From NCBI GenBank assembly GCA_036726225.1, contig DAIMCS010000001.1, positions 333,856-397,855 on the forward strand: a DNA stretch of 64,000 nt. Direction: 5' to 3'. How positions within the stretch are numbered: the stretch's first letter is position 1; each line of letters opens with the position of its first letter. Positions 7,591 to 17,716 of this stretch are shown here, in pieces. The notes under the pieces were generated by a model. It was given only the letters and a program-made list of their open reading frames with translations, had not been told where the DNA came from and ran no database searches. This DNA comes from Patescibacteria group bacterium (GTDB lineage Bacteria; Patescibacteriota; Doudnabacteria; UBA920). A program made the position numbers and the translations under genes.

Positions 7591-9506
7591 GTCAACGAGA
7601 GTTTTATTTTTTCAGCAAGTTTTTTACCAACCACTAATGCGAGCTCTTCGGGCTTCGCATTTTTTATTTGCGCCACGGTTCCAAAATTTTTCTTAAGGAG
7701 TTTTTTGGTTTTGGGGCCAACGCCTGGTATTTCATCCAGTGCTGACTTTATGGCCTGTTTACTGCGTAACGATCTGTGAAAAGTTATGCCAAAACGGTGG
7801 GCTTCATCGCGCAAACGTTGCAATAGCTGCAGTGCGGGTTGATCGTGGGACAGGATTATAGGATCTGAATCGTGGGGAAGAAAAATTTCCTCAATTCTTT
7901 TTGCCAGGCCAATTATCCTTACAGTGCTAAGTGCTAAGTTATTAGTGCTAAGTACTTCCAAAGCTGTCGATAGCTGGCCTTTGCCGCCGTCGATTACAAT
8001 GAGATCAGGAAGCGGCCATTTATCAGATGTAGCGTGCCCATTCATGGGCGTCTCAGATCGCCGATAAATCGGCACGCTACGCATCAAACGCCGCGACAAC
8101 ATTTCTTTCATCATAAAAAAATCATCCGGAGTTTTTTTGCCCTGGATTTTAAATTTTCGGTATTCAGACTTAGCCGGCAAGCCGTCTACAAAGACCACCA
8201 TGCTTCCAACGGGGTTTGAGCCCTGAATGTTAGAAATGTCGTAGCATTCAATTCTTTTTGGAATTTTTTCTAAATTCAAAACCTCTTTTAGCTGTTCTAG
8301 CGCTTGGTTTATTTTAACCAAATGACCGGCGCGGGCAGAAAGCCAGTTTTTTAAGTGCTCTTCGGCATTGGTTTTGCCTAAAGTTATTAATTTAGCCGTT
8401 TTGCCCTTTTTAGGGGTTAGAATTTCAGTTTTGATGTGGAAGCGAGACTTAATTATTTCCTCTACCAAGGCGGCATTTAAGGCCGGCAATTGAGTATAAA
8501 TGCATTTAGGCGCGCTGGAAGTTTCTATATAGTACTGCTCTAGAAATCTTTGCAGTACACTTGATAGACCGAGGTCCGTCGAATTAATTTCGCGGACCGA
8601 GGAACCTTGGAAAGGGGAGTTTAGCTCATATACAAAATTTTCTTTGTCAAACATTTTACCTTCGCGGATTTTAAACAGGTTTATACAGGCAAAACCGTCA
8701 GAGCGGGCTTCGGAAATAAAATCCCAGTCCACCTTTTTCGGTAAAATTACGTTTTGTCTTTCCTGTAAAATTTCCAAAGACCGTAGCTGATCACGAAGTC
8801 TGGCTGCGGTTTCAAATTTCTTAGAGGCCGATGCTAAAGCCATCTCTGCCTTAATTTCTTTAACAACAGAAGTTATGTCTCCCTGCAGAAATTTAATAAT
8901 TTTATCTAATTGCAGCTGATATTCATCCGAAGTAATTTTACCAATGCAGACTCCCGGACAGCGGTGCATATAAAAGTAAAAACACGGACGGCTGGAAACT
9001 TTTTGCGCTGCGCAAAAAGGAAAAATTTTCCTGACTAAATTTAGAGTATTTTTAATTTTCCAGGCAGCGGAGTACGGCCCAAAGTATTTAATTTTAGACA
9101 TTGGATATTTGATATTGGATATTGTTTGGTTTTTGTTATTTGGTTCTTGAATCTTTCTGCTGTATCCAATCTGCGGAATTTGTGTGGAATAATCAATCGT
9201 AATAAACGCGTAATTTTTGTCGTCTTTTAAATCTATGTTGTATTTAGGAGTATATTGCTTGATAATTGTATTTTCCAAAAACGCACTTTCCAGTTCGTTG
9301 CTGACAACCGTGTAAGTAACATCAACGGCTTCGGCCATTAAAAATGGAATCTGCGGCCGTAGGTCATCGTGCCCAAAATACTGGCTGACCCGGGATTTTA
9401 AATTTTTAGCTTTGCCAACATATAAAACAGCGCCGTTTTTATCTAAAAATTGATAAACGCCGGGGGATTTTGGAATATTTTTTAGTTTTTCTAGCAGCGA
9501 TTGCAT
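7587..9506 (-). CDS. uvrC: excinuclease ABC subunit C (UvrC)
   Basis: N-terminal GIY-YIG domain (GVYQFLDKNGAVLYVGKAKNLKSRVSQYF). A C-terminal helix-hairpin-helix domain (ALDEIPGVGPKTKKLLKKNFG) supports the call. 639 aa. Confidence 0.9.
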   Translation of the reverse strand: MQSLLEKLKNIPKSPGVYQFLDKNGAVLYVGKAKNLKSRVSQYFGHDDLRPQIPFLMAEAVDVTYTVVSNELESAFLENTIIKQYTPKYNIDLKDDKNYAFITIDYSTQIPQIGYSRKIQEPNNKNQTISNIKYPMSKIKYFGPYSAAWKIKNTLNLVRKIFPFCAAQKVSSRPCFYFYMHRCPGVCIGKITSDEYQLQLDKIIKFLQGDITSVVKEIKAEMALASASKKFETAARLRDQLRSLEILQERQNVILPKKVDWDFISEARSDGFACINLFKIREGKMFDKENFVYELNSPFQGSSVREINSTDLGLSSVLQRFLEQYYIETSSAPKCIYTQLPALNAALVEEIIKSRFHIKTEILTPKKGKTAKLITLGKTNAEEHLKNWLSARAGHLVKINQALEQLKEVLNLEKIPKRIECYDISNIQGSNPVGSMVVFVDGLPAKSEYRKFKIQGKKTPDDFFMMKEMLSRRLMRSVPIYRRSETPMNGHATSDKWPLPDLIVIDGGKGQLSTALEVLSTNNLALSTVRIIGLAKRIEEIFLPHDSDPIILSHDQPALQLLQRLRDEAHRFGITFHRSLRSKQAIKSALDEIPGVGPKTKKLLKKNFGTVAQIKNAKPEELALVVGKKLAEKIKLSLT

Positions 9507-9547
9507 GGGTAAATTATAAACGCATTAGCCTGTCTCTGTCCATGTAG

Positions 9548-9579
9548 TTGACTAAAATCACCGAAGAGATTACTATAAT
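9548..9579 (+). promoter_or_regulatory. sigma70-like promoter (TTGACT, 17-nt spacer, TACTAT, overlapping TATAAT)
   Basis: TTGACT at 9548-9553, spacer aaaatcaccgaagagat, then tactataat. It is followed by a strong Shine-Dalgarno GGGGGA and ATG at 9605. Confidence 0.4.
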
Positions 9580-9604
9580 AAGTCCATATTCTAGGGGGAA
9601 GCAA

Positions 9605-10060
9605 ATGCGAGAAGAGCTAAAGCGATTTTTGGAGGAGCAAATCAGCATTCATCAGACGCTGCTCGAGGATGCTGCAAAAGAACAAAAGGTTCTCCTCCCG
9701 GGAGAAAAGTTGGAATTTGTTTTACGGGTGGCGAACGTGCCTTTTGTGGCTGCGAAGATCGAAGGAACAAAAAAGGGAAAGAGGCGTCCTTATGTTGATT
9801 TGGCTGATCAGAATTGGAGTGTAATATCCGCCATTAAGTGGGGAGGGAAGCGCAATCAAAAGATCGTAGATATTTTTCAATCGGCCCAGAATGAGTGGGT
9901 GCCGTACGAAGTTTTCGTTAAAGAATTTGGCGAACACTTCTATTATGAATCCAAATATCAAACAATCAACATGACTTTCCGTTACTCAGGTATGCCGTAT
10001 CGGGTCAAAAGAAGGGATGACAAGGAAGGGCGTTTTTATAAGGTTGTTAAAATCGTTTAG
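9605..10060 (+). CDS. hypothetical protein (the ORF track's TTG start at 9548 probably overlaps the promoter; ATG 9605 with a Shine-Dalgarno is preferred)
   Basis: Reads MREELKRFLEEQ... No recognisable motif. A GGGGGA ribosome-binding site lies 6 nt upstream. Confidence 0.45.
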   Translation: MREELKRFLEEQISIHQTLLEDAAKEQKVLLPGEKLEFVLRVANVPFVAAKIEGTKKGKRRPYVDLADQNWSVISAIKWGGKRNQKIVDIFQSAQNEWVPYEVFVKEFGEHFYYESKYQTINMTFRYSGMPYRVKRRDDKEGRFYKVVKIV

Positions 10061-10193
10061 TTCGGGCTTAAAGCAGGTATTTCGCAGGTCTGGTATAAGA
10101 AAAAATACCAGTCTTGCGGGACACCGGCTTTTTTGTTTCCCTAGCTTCTTGACGTTATCTTGACTTCCGTGATAGACTGACAACCAGTTTGTG

Positions 10194-10288
10194 CCTACAG
10201 AACTACAAAATGGGGACACTACAGATAACTACAGAATTTTTGATCCTTTTGTAGTCATCCGTAGTGCATCTAATCTGTAGTTTTGTAG
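10194..10288 (+). promoter_or_regulatory. palindromic array of 4 CTACA(G/A) units followed by 4 (C/T)TGTAG units immediately upstream of uvrA; candidate operator
   Basis: Forward units at 10194, 10203, 10219 and 10229; reverse units at 10249, 10259, 10275 and 10283. The spacings are mirror-symmetric (9,16,10 against 10,16,8). The array ends 4 nt before the uvrA ATG. Confidence 0.35.
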
Positions 10289-10291
10289 TTT

Positions 10292-13144
10292 ATGAAAGAT
10301 ATTATTTCCATCCGCGGAGCGCGGCAGCACAATTTAAAAAACGTAGATTTAGATTTGCCCAGAAACAAGTTGATTGTAATGACCGGCCTGTCCGGCTCGG
10401 GCAAGTCGTCTTTGGCGTTTGATACAATCTACGCCGAAGGCCAGCGCAGGTACGTTGAATCTTTATCGGCTTATGCCCGCCAGTTTATAGGCCTTATGGA
10501 TAAGCCCGATGTAGATAAAATTGAGGGCTTATCGCCGGCAATTTCCATAGACCAAAAATCAGCTTCGCACAACCCCCGTTCCACTGTGGGCACAGTTACG
10601 GAAATTTATGATTATATGAGGCTGCTTTGGGCAAGAATTGGCATTCCGCACTGTCCGGTTTGCGGCAAAAAAATTGCCGGGCAAACTATTGCCGCCATGG
10701 TAACGCAGCTTTTAACTTTAAAAGTCGGCACGAAAATAGTTTTGCTTGCCCCGTTTATTAAAGACCAAAAAGGCGAGCATCGCGTTATTTTTGAGCAAAT
10801 TAAAAAGGCGGGTTTTGCGCGCGTAAGGGTAGACGGCACGGTTATGGACTTAAACGAAGCGCAAAATTTAAATTTAGATAAACAGAAAAAACATTCTATA
10901 GACGTGGTGGTTGACCGTTTGGCAATTGACCAGGCGGAAAAGGGCAGGCTTTCGGAAAGCTTGGAAAAAGCCCTTGATCTTGGTGATGGCATAGCCATGG
11001 CGGTAAAAATGAACGCGGACAATAAAACGGATGAACACGGACCGGATATTATTCTGTCGCAAAAATTTGCCTGCCCGGACGGCCATGTGCAACTCTCTGA
11101 ACTCGACCCGCGTGATTTTTCTTTTAACAGCCCACACGGCGCCTGCCCTGAATGTAAAGGTTTGGGAACCAAGCTTACCGTGGAGCCGGATTTGGTAATT
11201 CCAAATCAGAGGCTGACTTTAGCCGAAGGCGCAGTTAGGCCCTGGAGCAAAACCACATCCAGACTTTCCTGGTACAGTCGCATTATGCAGGCCGTGGCCA
11301 AGGAATACAATTTTTCTGTAAATACACCGGTAAAAGATCTGCCCAAAAAATATATAGATGTAATTTTATACGGCACGGGCGACAAAAAAGTTAAAGTTTC
11401 CGGCGAATTCCGCGGTGGCGACGGCGAGTTTGAAATGAACACCACTTTTGAGGGCGTAATTCCTAATTTAGAACGCCGCTATGGTGAGACTGACAGCGAA
11501 TATATGCGCACTGAAATAGAAAACTATATGCGCGTTCGCCAATGCCCGGCCTGCAAGGGTCAGCGACTTAAGCCCGAAGTTTTGGGCGTGCAAATAGGCG
11601 GCAAGGGGATTGTGGAAGTATCGGGAATGAATATTGAATCGGCGTCTAAGTTTTATAAAGATTTAAATTTAAACCAAAAAGATACTCTCATAGCCAAACA
11701 GGTGTTAAAAGAAATTAACGCCCGCTTATCTTTTTTACTTAATGTCGGCTTGTCTTATTTATCGCTCGACCGCGCAGCTGACACTCTCTCGGGCGGGGAA
11801 GCCCAGCGCATCCGCCTTGCAACGCAAATCGGCTCCGGGCTTACCGGCGTGCTCTATATATTAGACGAGCCTTCCATTGGCCTACACCAGCGCGACAACA
11901 CCAGACTGCTTCAGACCCTTAAAGAGCTGCGCGATTTAGGCAACACGGTAATTGTAGTAGAGCACGACGAAGAAACCATTCGCGAGGCGGATTGGGTGGT
12001 GGATATTGGTCCGGGTGCGGGCAAGCACGGCGGAGAATTGGTAGCCGAAGGCACGCCACAACAAATTCAAAAAAATTCTAAAAGCCAAACCGGACAGTAT
12101 TTGGCCGGCAAGGAGTTTATAGAAATTCCAAAACGCAGGCGCCCGGGCAACGGACGCAAGCTTTCTATTTTTGGCGCCGAGGAATTTAACCTTAAAGAAA
12201 TTGACGTAGACATTCCGCTTGGAAAATTTGTTTGCGTAACCGGAGTTTCGGGCAGCGGAAAATCAACGCTCTTCCACGACATTTTGGCCCGGGCGCTCTA
12301 TAAATATTTTTACAACAGCAAGGAAGAGCCGGGCAAGCACAAGAAAATTTTAGGCATTGACCATATAGACAAAATTATTAACATAGACCAGTCGCCCATT
12401 GGCCGTACCCCGCGTTCTAACCCCGCCACTTATACAGGCCTTTTTACACCTATCCGTGATTTGTTTGCCGAAACCAAGGAAGCCAAAATGCGGGGATATC
12501 AGGCCGGCCGGTTTAGCTTTAACGTTAAAGGCGGCAGATGTGAAAAGTGCGCGGGCGACGGGGTTATTAAAGTGGAAATGAATTTTTTGCCTGACGTTTA
12601 CATTACCTGCGAGGAATGTCACGGCAAACGCTACAACCAACAGGCTTTGGAAATTCACTTTAAAGACAAAACCATTTCCGACGTGTTGGAAATGACTGTA
12701 GATGAAGCTAAAATCTTTTTTGCTTCCCTGCCTGCCATCCACAAAAAGTTAGAAACACTTTCTCAAGTGGGTTTGGGTTATATGCGTTTAGGACAAAACG
12801 CCACCACTCTTTCCGGCGGAGAAGCGCAAAGAATTAAATTGGCTACGGAACTTTCTCGCGCATCAACCGGCCGTACGCTTTATTTATTGGACGAGCCGAC
12901 AACCGGACTTCATTTTGCCGACACCAAACGTTTAATTAGTGTTCTTAACAAACTGGTAGACAAAGGAAACACCGTCGTGGTTATTGAACATAACTTGGAT
13001 ATGATAAAAACCGCTGACTGGATAATTGACCTGGGCCCGGAAGGCGGGGATAAGGGCGGTACCTTGGTTGCCCAAGGCACGCCGGAAGACATTGTTAAAG
13101 TAAAAAGTTCCTACACGGGACAATATCTGAAGAAAGTATTATAG
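10292..13144 (+). CDS. uvrA: excinuclease ABC subunit A (UvrA)
   Basis: 950 aa with two ABC ATPase modules ([22 protein letters not shown], two LSGGEAQR signatures). Zinc-finger CxxC pairs are present. Confidence 0.95.
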   Translation: MKDIISIRGARQHNLKNVDLDLPRNKLIVMTGLSGSGKSSLAFDTIYAEGQRRYVESLSAYARQFIGLMDKPDVDKIEGLSPAISIDQKSASHNPRSTVGTVTEIYDYMRLLWARIGIPHCPVCGKKIAGQTIAAMVTQLLTLKVGTKIVLLAPFIKDQKGEHRVIFEQIKKAGFARVRVDGTVMDLNEAQNLNLDKQKKHSIDVVVDRLAIDQAEKGRLSESLEKALDLGDGIAMAVKMNADNKTDEHGPDIILSQKFACPDGHVQLSELDPRDFSFNSPHGACPECKGLGTKLTVEPDLVIPNQRLTLAEGAVRPWSKTTSRLSWYSRIMQAVAKEYNFSVNTPVKDLPKKYIDVILYGTGDKKVKVSGEFRGGDGEFEMNTTFEGVIPNLERRYGETDSEYMRTEIENYMRVRQCPACKGQRLKPEVLGVQIGGKGIVEVSGMNIESASKFYKDLNLNQKDTLIAKQVLKEINARLSFLLNVGLSYLSLDRAADTLSGGEAQRIRLATQIGSGLTGVLYILDEPSIGLHQRDNTRLLQTLKELRDLGNTVIVVEHDEETIREADWVVDIGPGAGKHGGELVAEGTPQQIQKNSKSQTGQYLAGKEFIEIPKRRRPGNGRKLSIFGAEEFNLKEIDVDIPLGKFVCVTGVSGSGKSTLFHDILARALYKYFYNSKEEPGKHKKILGIDHIDKIINIDQSPIGRTPRSNPATYTGLFTPIRDLFAETKEAKMRGYQAGRFSFNVKGGRCEKCAGDGVIKVEMNFLPDVYITCEECHGKRYNQQALEIHFKDKTISDVLEMTVDEAKIFFASLPAIHKKLETLSQVGLGYMRLGQNATTLSGGEAQRIKLATELSRASTGRTLYLLDEPTTGLHFADTKRLISVLNKLVDKGNTVVVIEHNLDMIKTADWIIDLGPEGGDKGGTLVAQGTPEDIVKVKSSYTGQYLKKVL

Positions 13145-13191
13145 GGCAGCTTGCCCCGCATCCCGAATAAAATGAGTGGTGCGGGGTATTT

Positions 13192-13223
13192 AAAAAAAGT
13201 CCTCTAAGCAGAGGGCTTTTTTT
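13192..13223. terminator. bidirectional intrinsic terminator (A7, hairpin, T7) after uvrA
   Basis: aaaaaaaGTCCTCTaagcAGAGGGCttttttt. It is preceded by a second hairpin CCCCGCA...TGCGGGG at 13154-13186. Confidence 0.6.
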
Positions 13224-13858
13224 GTTGGAGTGAAACGTTTGAATAACAGTAACGATAGGTGTATTTAAGTAACTGTTAATTGAACCAAGTTAAAAATTTC
13301 AAAATAAAAAAATTAGGAACAAGTTTCCCCTAAGCCATCCTCAAGTTTTTAACAGCTTGTCCACACCTTATCTATTTTTGTTTTATTCAAGGGAAAAACT
13401 TTTTATCTTTACCGATCTTTTTTTGAGTGCTATAAAGATTAAATCCCTAAAAGAGGAAATTAAAATTTAAACATAGAAATAAAATCTATGCTTGCAAAAC
13501 ATTGTAATCAAGCGAAAATTTTTTTTATTTATTTGAACAAGAAGGCCTGAAATTTTAAGGACTTTAGTCTTTATCTTTCGGGCCTTTTTGTTTTTTACTC
13601 TCAATAAAGGTCGGCTTGCAAAAATAACGCAAGATGAGGGTAAAAATTTCCTGCGCAAGGCCCCCAAAACGGGGCCATAAGTTATATAAATATTTTGTGG
13701 CTCCTGTTGGGGGACAAAAGCCCCCGTTATTTAAAACCTTGTAAGCCTAAAATGGCTATGCTCAGAGGGGAGTCAGGCAGGAAAAAATAAAACTAACCTC
13801 ACAACTTGCCTAAGGGTTAAGTTGTGAATCTGTCTTATAGACAGAAAGAGAGGGATTT

Positions 13859-15580
13859 ATGAAAAAAATAATGAAAAAAGCCGGCCTGTGGGCCGGTACA
13901 GTAGGCGTGGTCATAGCCGGAGCGGCTACTTTTTCCGCCTTTGAAGCTCACATAATAAACGTGACTGCCAGAATTGAAAATGCACTTGCGGTACAAACCG
14001 GTGCAATTGATTTTGGCACCGTATTCCCGCAGGAATTTTTGGAAGCGGCACTTCCGGTGACCATGTCCGAATCTTTCTTAGGCGAGGATAGGGTAGATGA
14101 CATTGAATATGTCATTAAACAAAAACCCAAGGTCAAGCTATTTGACGGCGAGGTAGCAGACCCTAACGAAAATCCAACACCCGGCGACCCGTACGCCACA
14201 ATTTTCCCAACCACGCATCCAGAGGGCATAGTGGCCTGGCGATATTGTGAAGAAAATTTGCCGCTAAATGCTCCTTATTCGGTAACCGAAGCCAACATGG
14301 GTGACGAATACTGGCGTTACTGCTATTTGCCGCTTGCCAACTATTTGTCCAAGCATGAAACTACTGCTGACGGAAGTGTAACTGAAAATGACATTTCCGT
14401 GGACGCTTTCCACCAGTCGTATATGTGGAATGCCAGCACCAGCCAAAGCTCGCTGGATCCGGCCTTTATTGCCCGGGGAAGGCTGGCTAAGAGTGAGCAG
14501 GACACAGAAGATGCATGGACCATTGACTTAATGGTGCCCTGCTTTATAAACCACTGCGCCCAGGAAGCTGACGATCCAAATAATCTTCCCGAAGATCAGA
14601 TTCCGGGGTTCTTTGTGCCCGGACCGTTCCGATTGCCCACCTCCACTGAGCATTCAGTCTTTGGGACTGACTTGTGGATTGAAGTTAGCGGCATTAGCTT
14701 GCCGCCAACAGATGTACCAGGCACTTTAACCGTTACTAAAGTGTTGGTTAATGACAACGACGGTACAGCCACCACTACTGACTTTAGCTTTGCAGTCAAT
14801 GGTGGAGCTTCCGCGCCGTTTGAGGCGGACGGCACTAATGTAATTGCATTGCCGGCCGGCAACTACGACGTAGTCGAGGATGCCGCAGCAGGCTATACTA
14901 CCACTTATGCCAACAGCTTGAACGCAAGCCTGGATTGTCAGGACTTGGTTGTTCCAAGCGGCGGCAATGTGACATGTACAATTACCAACGATGACACTGC
15001 TCCTCCCGCGCCGGAAGTTGGAGAATTAACAGTCATTAAGGTAGTAGTTAATGACAATGGCGGCACAGCTGTTACCGGTGATTTTTCCTTGTTTGTTGAT
15101 GCCGCAGCTGTGGTCTCCGGTGTTTCCACCACCACTGCTGTAGGCAGCCACACCGTGAGTGAAGCCGGATTGTTTGGGTACTCTGCTACTTTTAGCGGTG
15201 ACTGCAATGCTTCTGGTATAGTAGAAGTGTCATCAAGTACTCCCGCTACCTGTACCATTACCAATGACGACATTGCGCCAACCATTACAGTTACAAAGAA
15301 CGTAGTGGGCGGAACTGCTTCGCCTGATGACTTCGACCCGTCAGTTGACGGGGCGGTTGTAACTTCGGGCTCTTCAACTGTCGTGAGCGCAAATGTTGCT
15401 CACGCAATTGATGAAGAGGCAAGTGTAGCAGGTTACACTTTTACCTCAATAACCGGTGTTTCATTTTTAGGAGTGGCATGTCCCCTTGTGCTTGATGGGA
15501 CTATAACTCTTACCCCGGGTGATGTAGTAACTTGTACTATCACTAACACCAGCGTTCCGACAGTTGCTACAACTAACTAA
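13859..15580 (+). CDS. secreted TasA/camelysin-like protein with a putative SipW-cognate signal peptide and three C-terminal repeats of an Ig-like (Cna-B/prealbumin-like) domain
   Basis: The N-terminus reads MKKIMKKAGLWAGTVGVVIAGAATFSAFEAHIINVTARIENALAVQTGAIDFG. The AF....A.GTxD segment resembles the mature N-termini of TasA/camelysin. Three repeats end in VTCTITNDD, ATCTITNDD and VTCTITNTS. The strong ribosome-binding site is agagaggg. Confidence 0.5.
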   Translation: MKKIMKKAGLWAGTVGVVIAGAATFSAFEAHIINVTARIENALAVQTGAIDFGTVFPQEFLEAALPVTMSESFLGEDRVDDIEYVIKQKPKVKLFDGEVADPNENPTPGDPYATIFPTTHPEGIVAWRYCEENLPLNAPYSVTEANMGDEYWRYCYLPLANYLSKHETTADGSVTENDISVDAFHQSYMWNASTSQSSLDPAFIARGRLAKSEQDTEDAWTIDLMVPCFINHCAQEADDPNNLPEDQIPGFFVPGPFRLPTSTEHSVFGTDLWIEVSGISLPPTDVPGTLTVTKVLVNDNDGTATTTDFSFAVNGGASAPFEADGTNVIALPAGNYDVVEDAAAGYTTTYANSLNASLDCQDLVVPSGGNVTCTITNDDTAPPAPEVGELTVIKVVVNDNGGTAVTGDFSLFVDAAAVVSGVSTTTAVGSHTVSEAGLFGYSATFSGDCNASGIVEVSSSTPATCTITNDDIAPTITVTKNVVGGTASPDDFDPSVDGAVVTSGSSTVVSANVAHAIDEEASVAGYTFTSITGVSFLGVACPLVLDGTITLTPGDVVTCTITNTSVPTVATTN

Positions 15581-15634
15581 AACTATTCCATACCTTTCCC
15601 CGTGGAGGGCGGGGAAGGGTATGGGTAGGGTATA

Positions 15635-16159
15635 TTGAGGAACAAAATAAATTTTAAAATACAATTTATGGACGAACAAATAAGGCCCGCCCAGAATCCA
15701 AACGTGAGTGTAAAAAATGAATTAATAAGCAGCACTCCGGTAAAAAAAAGAAGCAAATTAAAGCTGGTGCTGTGGGCAATATTGGCCCTGGTAATTATTT
15801 TGCTTTTAGTGCAATACACAAATGCTGCCAAGTACGAAGCTTTAGTGCAGGTAATTGATGAGGACAGAATTGGCGTTAATCCAACTTCCCAAAGGCTGGA
15901 TTTTGGAGATTTGCCCAAAGACAAAGACGCTATCCGCACTGTAAGTTTGCAAAATCAAAGCAGCTACAAAATGCCCAGCTACGTAATTGTCTGGGAGCGC
16001 GGCGAAATTTCTGACTTAATGCGCGTGAGTAAAAATTTCTTCACTTTGGATCCCGGCCAAACCCAAAGGCTGGATTTTACGGTTCACGTTCCTAGCTCTG
16101 CTGAATTTAAATATTACAAAGGTAGTGTGGTTATTTTTCAAATTCCAAAAATCTGGTAG
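15635..16159 (+). CDS. single-pass membrane protein with a beta-rich extracytoplasmic domain (DUF1573/Ig-like pattern); possible anchoring or assembly partner of the fibre proteins
   Basis: Transmembrane helix LKLVLWAILALVIILLLV, followed by RLDFGDLPKDKDAIRTVSLQNQS...FTLDPGQTQRLDFTVHVP. Confidence 0.4.
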   Translation: MRNKINFKIQFMDEQIRPAQNPNVSVKNELISSTPVKKRSKLKLVLWAILALVIILLLVQYTNAAKYEALVQVIDEDRIGVNPTSQRLDFGDLPKDKDAIRTVSLQNQSSYKMPSYVIVWERGEISDLMRVSKNFFTLDPGQTQRLDFTVHVPSSAEFKYYKGSVVIFQIPKIW

Positions 16160-16183
16160 TTTTGGACTTACGCACAAAATAAA

Positions 16184-16660
16184 ATGGATAAATTTTATGT
16201 TAACGCCATGAAAAAATATTTTATTAGCGCAACAAAAGTTTTAGTGTACCTCGCCTTTGTGGGTCTTGCTATGTACTTTACCCCCAAAGTACTTTCTCGT
16301 AGCCTAAATACGCTCTATCCTTTAGCTACCATTACTTCCGGCTCTATGTGGCCGCAGCTAAAGGTTAATGACTTAATTTTAATGAAAGGCGCAACCGGGG
16401 ACGAAGTAGAGGCAGGGCAGATTATAATTTTTAAGAACCAGCGGGGTTTTACCATTCACCGGCTTCTTCGAAAAGAAAACGGCAAACTTATAACCAAAGG
16501 CGATGCCAACAATGTGGAAGACGTGCCCGTATTGCCGCAAGATGTAATAGGCCGCGCTGTCTATGTTGGCAAAAAGCCGTTTCGGATCCCTTACTTAGGT
16601 TTAATTGCAAGAAATTTACCCCAAATTCGTGCTTTGCAAAAATTGAGCGGTAATAATTAA
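16184..16660 (+). CDS. sipW: signal peptidase I, SipW-type (S26B, archaeal/ER-like)
   Basis: Catalytic Ser box TSGSMWPQLKVNDLILMKG, His box TIHRL and the ITKGDANNVED box (compare SipW ITKGDNN). It has a single N-terminal transmembrane helix. It is distinct from the bacterial-type LepB at 52804. Confidence 0.7.
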   Translation: MDKFYVNAMKKYFISATKVLVYLAFVGLAMYFTPKVLSRSLNTLYPLATITSGSMWPQLKVNDLILMKGATGDEVEAGQIIIFKNQRGFTIHRLLRKENGKLITKGDANNVEDVPVLPQDVIGRAVYVGKKPFRIPYLGLIARNLPQIRALQKLSGNN

Positions 16661-17716
16661 TTGGAAGTTTGTATGGAGAACAAGCTCTCAAAAAGAATTT
16701 CTGTTAATCCGGCTTTAAGGCTTGGCAATGCCAGGCAGTCTTTTGCTGTGCCGGGGGAAAAGCTCCGAGGGAAGTTTAAGTTTGCCTCTCCTAAAGTTTC
16801 CAGTATTACAATGAGCTTTGAGGCAAATCAGCAGCCCAAAAGAAATTTTTTTAGTAAGCAATATTTAAGGATTTTTAATTTAGGCATTGCTTCTTTAATT
16901 GGTATTTTGTTTTCTATTTCCGCCCTGCACGCGTTTGAGGCGCACGTGATTAACGTGACGGCTAAAATAATGCCCAGGCCGTGTTTGATTTTTAATGTGT
17001 ATTCACAAGGCTATTGGAAGAATCACACCGACGAATGGCTTTTGCCCCAAAATTTGGGGCCTTTGGAAATTAATACTGTAGAAGAAGGCTTGGAAATTTT
17101 TGATACCAAAAAAACTCATTTAGATAAGTTGCGCGTTCAGCTGCTGGCGTTAAAGCTTAGCTTAGCTTCGGAGGAAGGCGCGGGCCAGGCCTTAGTGCCC
17201 GGATTGGTAATAACATTACAGCAGTTAGCCGACCAGGTAGATGCCTTACTTTCACAAGACCCGCTTCCTTCAGATACAGTTTTGGAAGATTTAAAAGATC
17301 TCGTAGAAAGTGTGAATGTGGCGCATACAGTATCTACCTGTGAAGGGCATGAGCCCGGTTCTGGCGGGGATGACGATGATGACGATGAAGGTAACGGCAA
17401 TGGGAATGGGAATAACAACAACGACAATGGTCAAAACAATGAAAATAATTCTTCACAGCCTGCTTTAGAGGTAGTGGAGGGAGAAGTTTTGAGCGAAGTC
17501 CAAGGCACAAGCACTACTACGAGTGACACGGCTGCTACATCTACACAAACAACAACTAATTCTGAACAGAAAGAAAAGTCTAACGAGAAATCAGAAGAAA
17601 ATTCTTCCAACTCCCAAACTACTTCATCCGCGCCTGCACAGACGTCTTCTTTAGTACCCAAAGAGCCAAAATCATCAGACACAGAATCACAGGCAGCAGA
17701 AGGCGAAGGCCAATAG
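16661..17716 (+). CDS. secreted protein sharing the AFEAHVINVTAKI N-terminal motif with the 13859 gene; acidic Asp/Asn/Gly/Ser-rich low-complexity C-terminal tail
   Basis: Reads ...GILFSISALHAFEAHVINVTAKIM..., then GGDDDDDDEGNGNGNGNNNNDNGQNNENNSSQP...TSSAPAQTSS. Confidence 0.6.
   Translation: MEVCMENKLSKRISVNPALRLGNARQSFAVPGEKLRGKFKFASPKVSSITMSFEANQQPKRNFFSKQYLRIFNLGIASLIGILFSISALHAFEAHVINVTAKIMPRPCLIFNVYSQGYWKNHTDEWLLPQNLGPLEINTVEEGLEIFDTKKTHLDKLRVQLLALKLSLASEEGAGQALVPGLVITLQQLADQVDALLSQDPLPSDTVLEDLKDLVESVNVAHTVSTCEGHEPGSGGDDDDDDEGNGNGNGNNNNDNGQNNENNSSQPALEVVEGEVLSEVQGTSTTTSDTAATSTQTTTNSEQKEKSNEKSEENSSNSQTTSSAPAQTSSLVPKEPKSSDTESQAAEGEGQ

Noticed and set aside
9060-9180. Possible CRISPR-like or tandem repeats (ttggatatt tandem copies at about 9100-9125; 10-bp units at 53430)
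   Set aside because: I scanned for three or more regularly spaced direct repeats of 20 nt or more with unique spacers and found none. The 9100 repeats are inside uvrC coding sequence, and the 53430 units are contiguous with no spacers. There is no CRISPR array in this window.
10194-10288. Calling the uvrA upstream array a LexA/SOS box
   Set aside because: The half-sites occur as ACAG...CTGT (the reverse of CTGT-N8-ACAG) and the spacings are 14 or more. The Gram-positive CGAACN4GTTCG box is absent. It is reported only as an uncharacterised operator candidate.
10612-11445. ORF-track frames on the - strand inside uvrA (10612-11172, 10874-11137, 11206-11445) and similar antisense frames inside uvrC, dnaK, topA, der and the signalling genes
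   Set aside because: They are fully embedded antisense to genes with strong motif support. They have no ribosome-binding sites and show compositional artefacts of long ORF-free reverse frames. They are treated as spurious.
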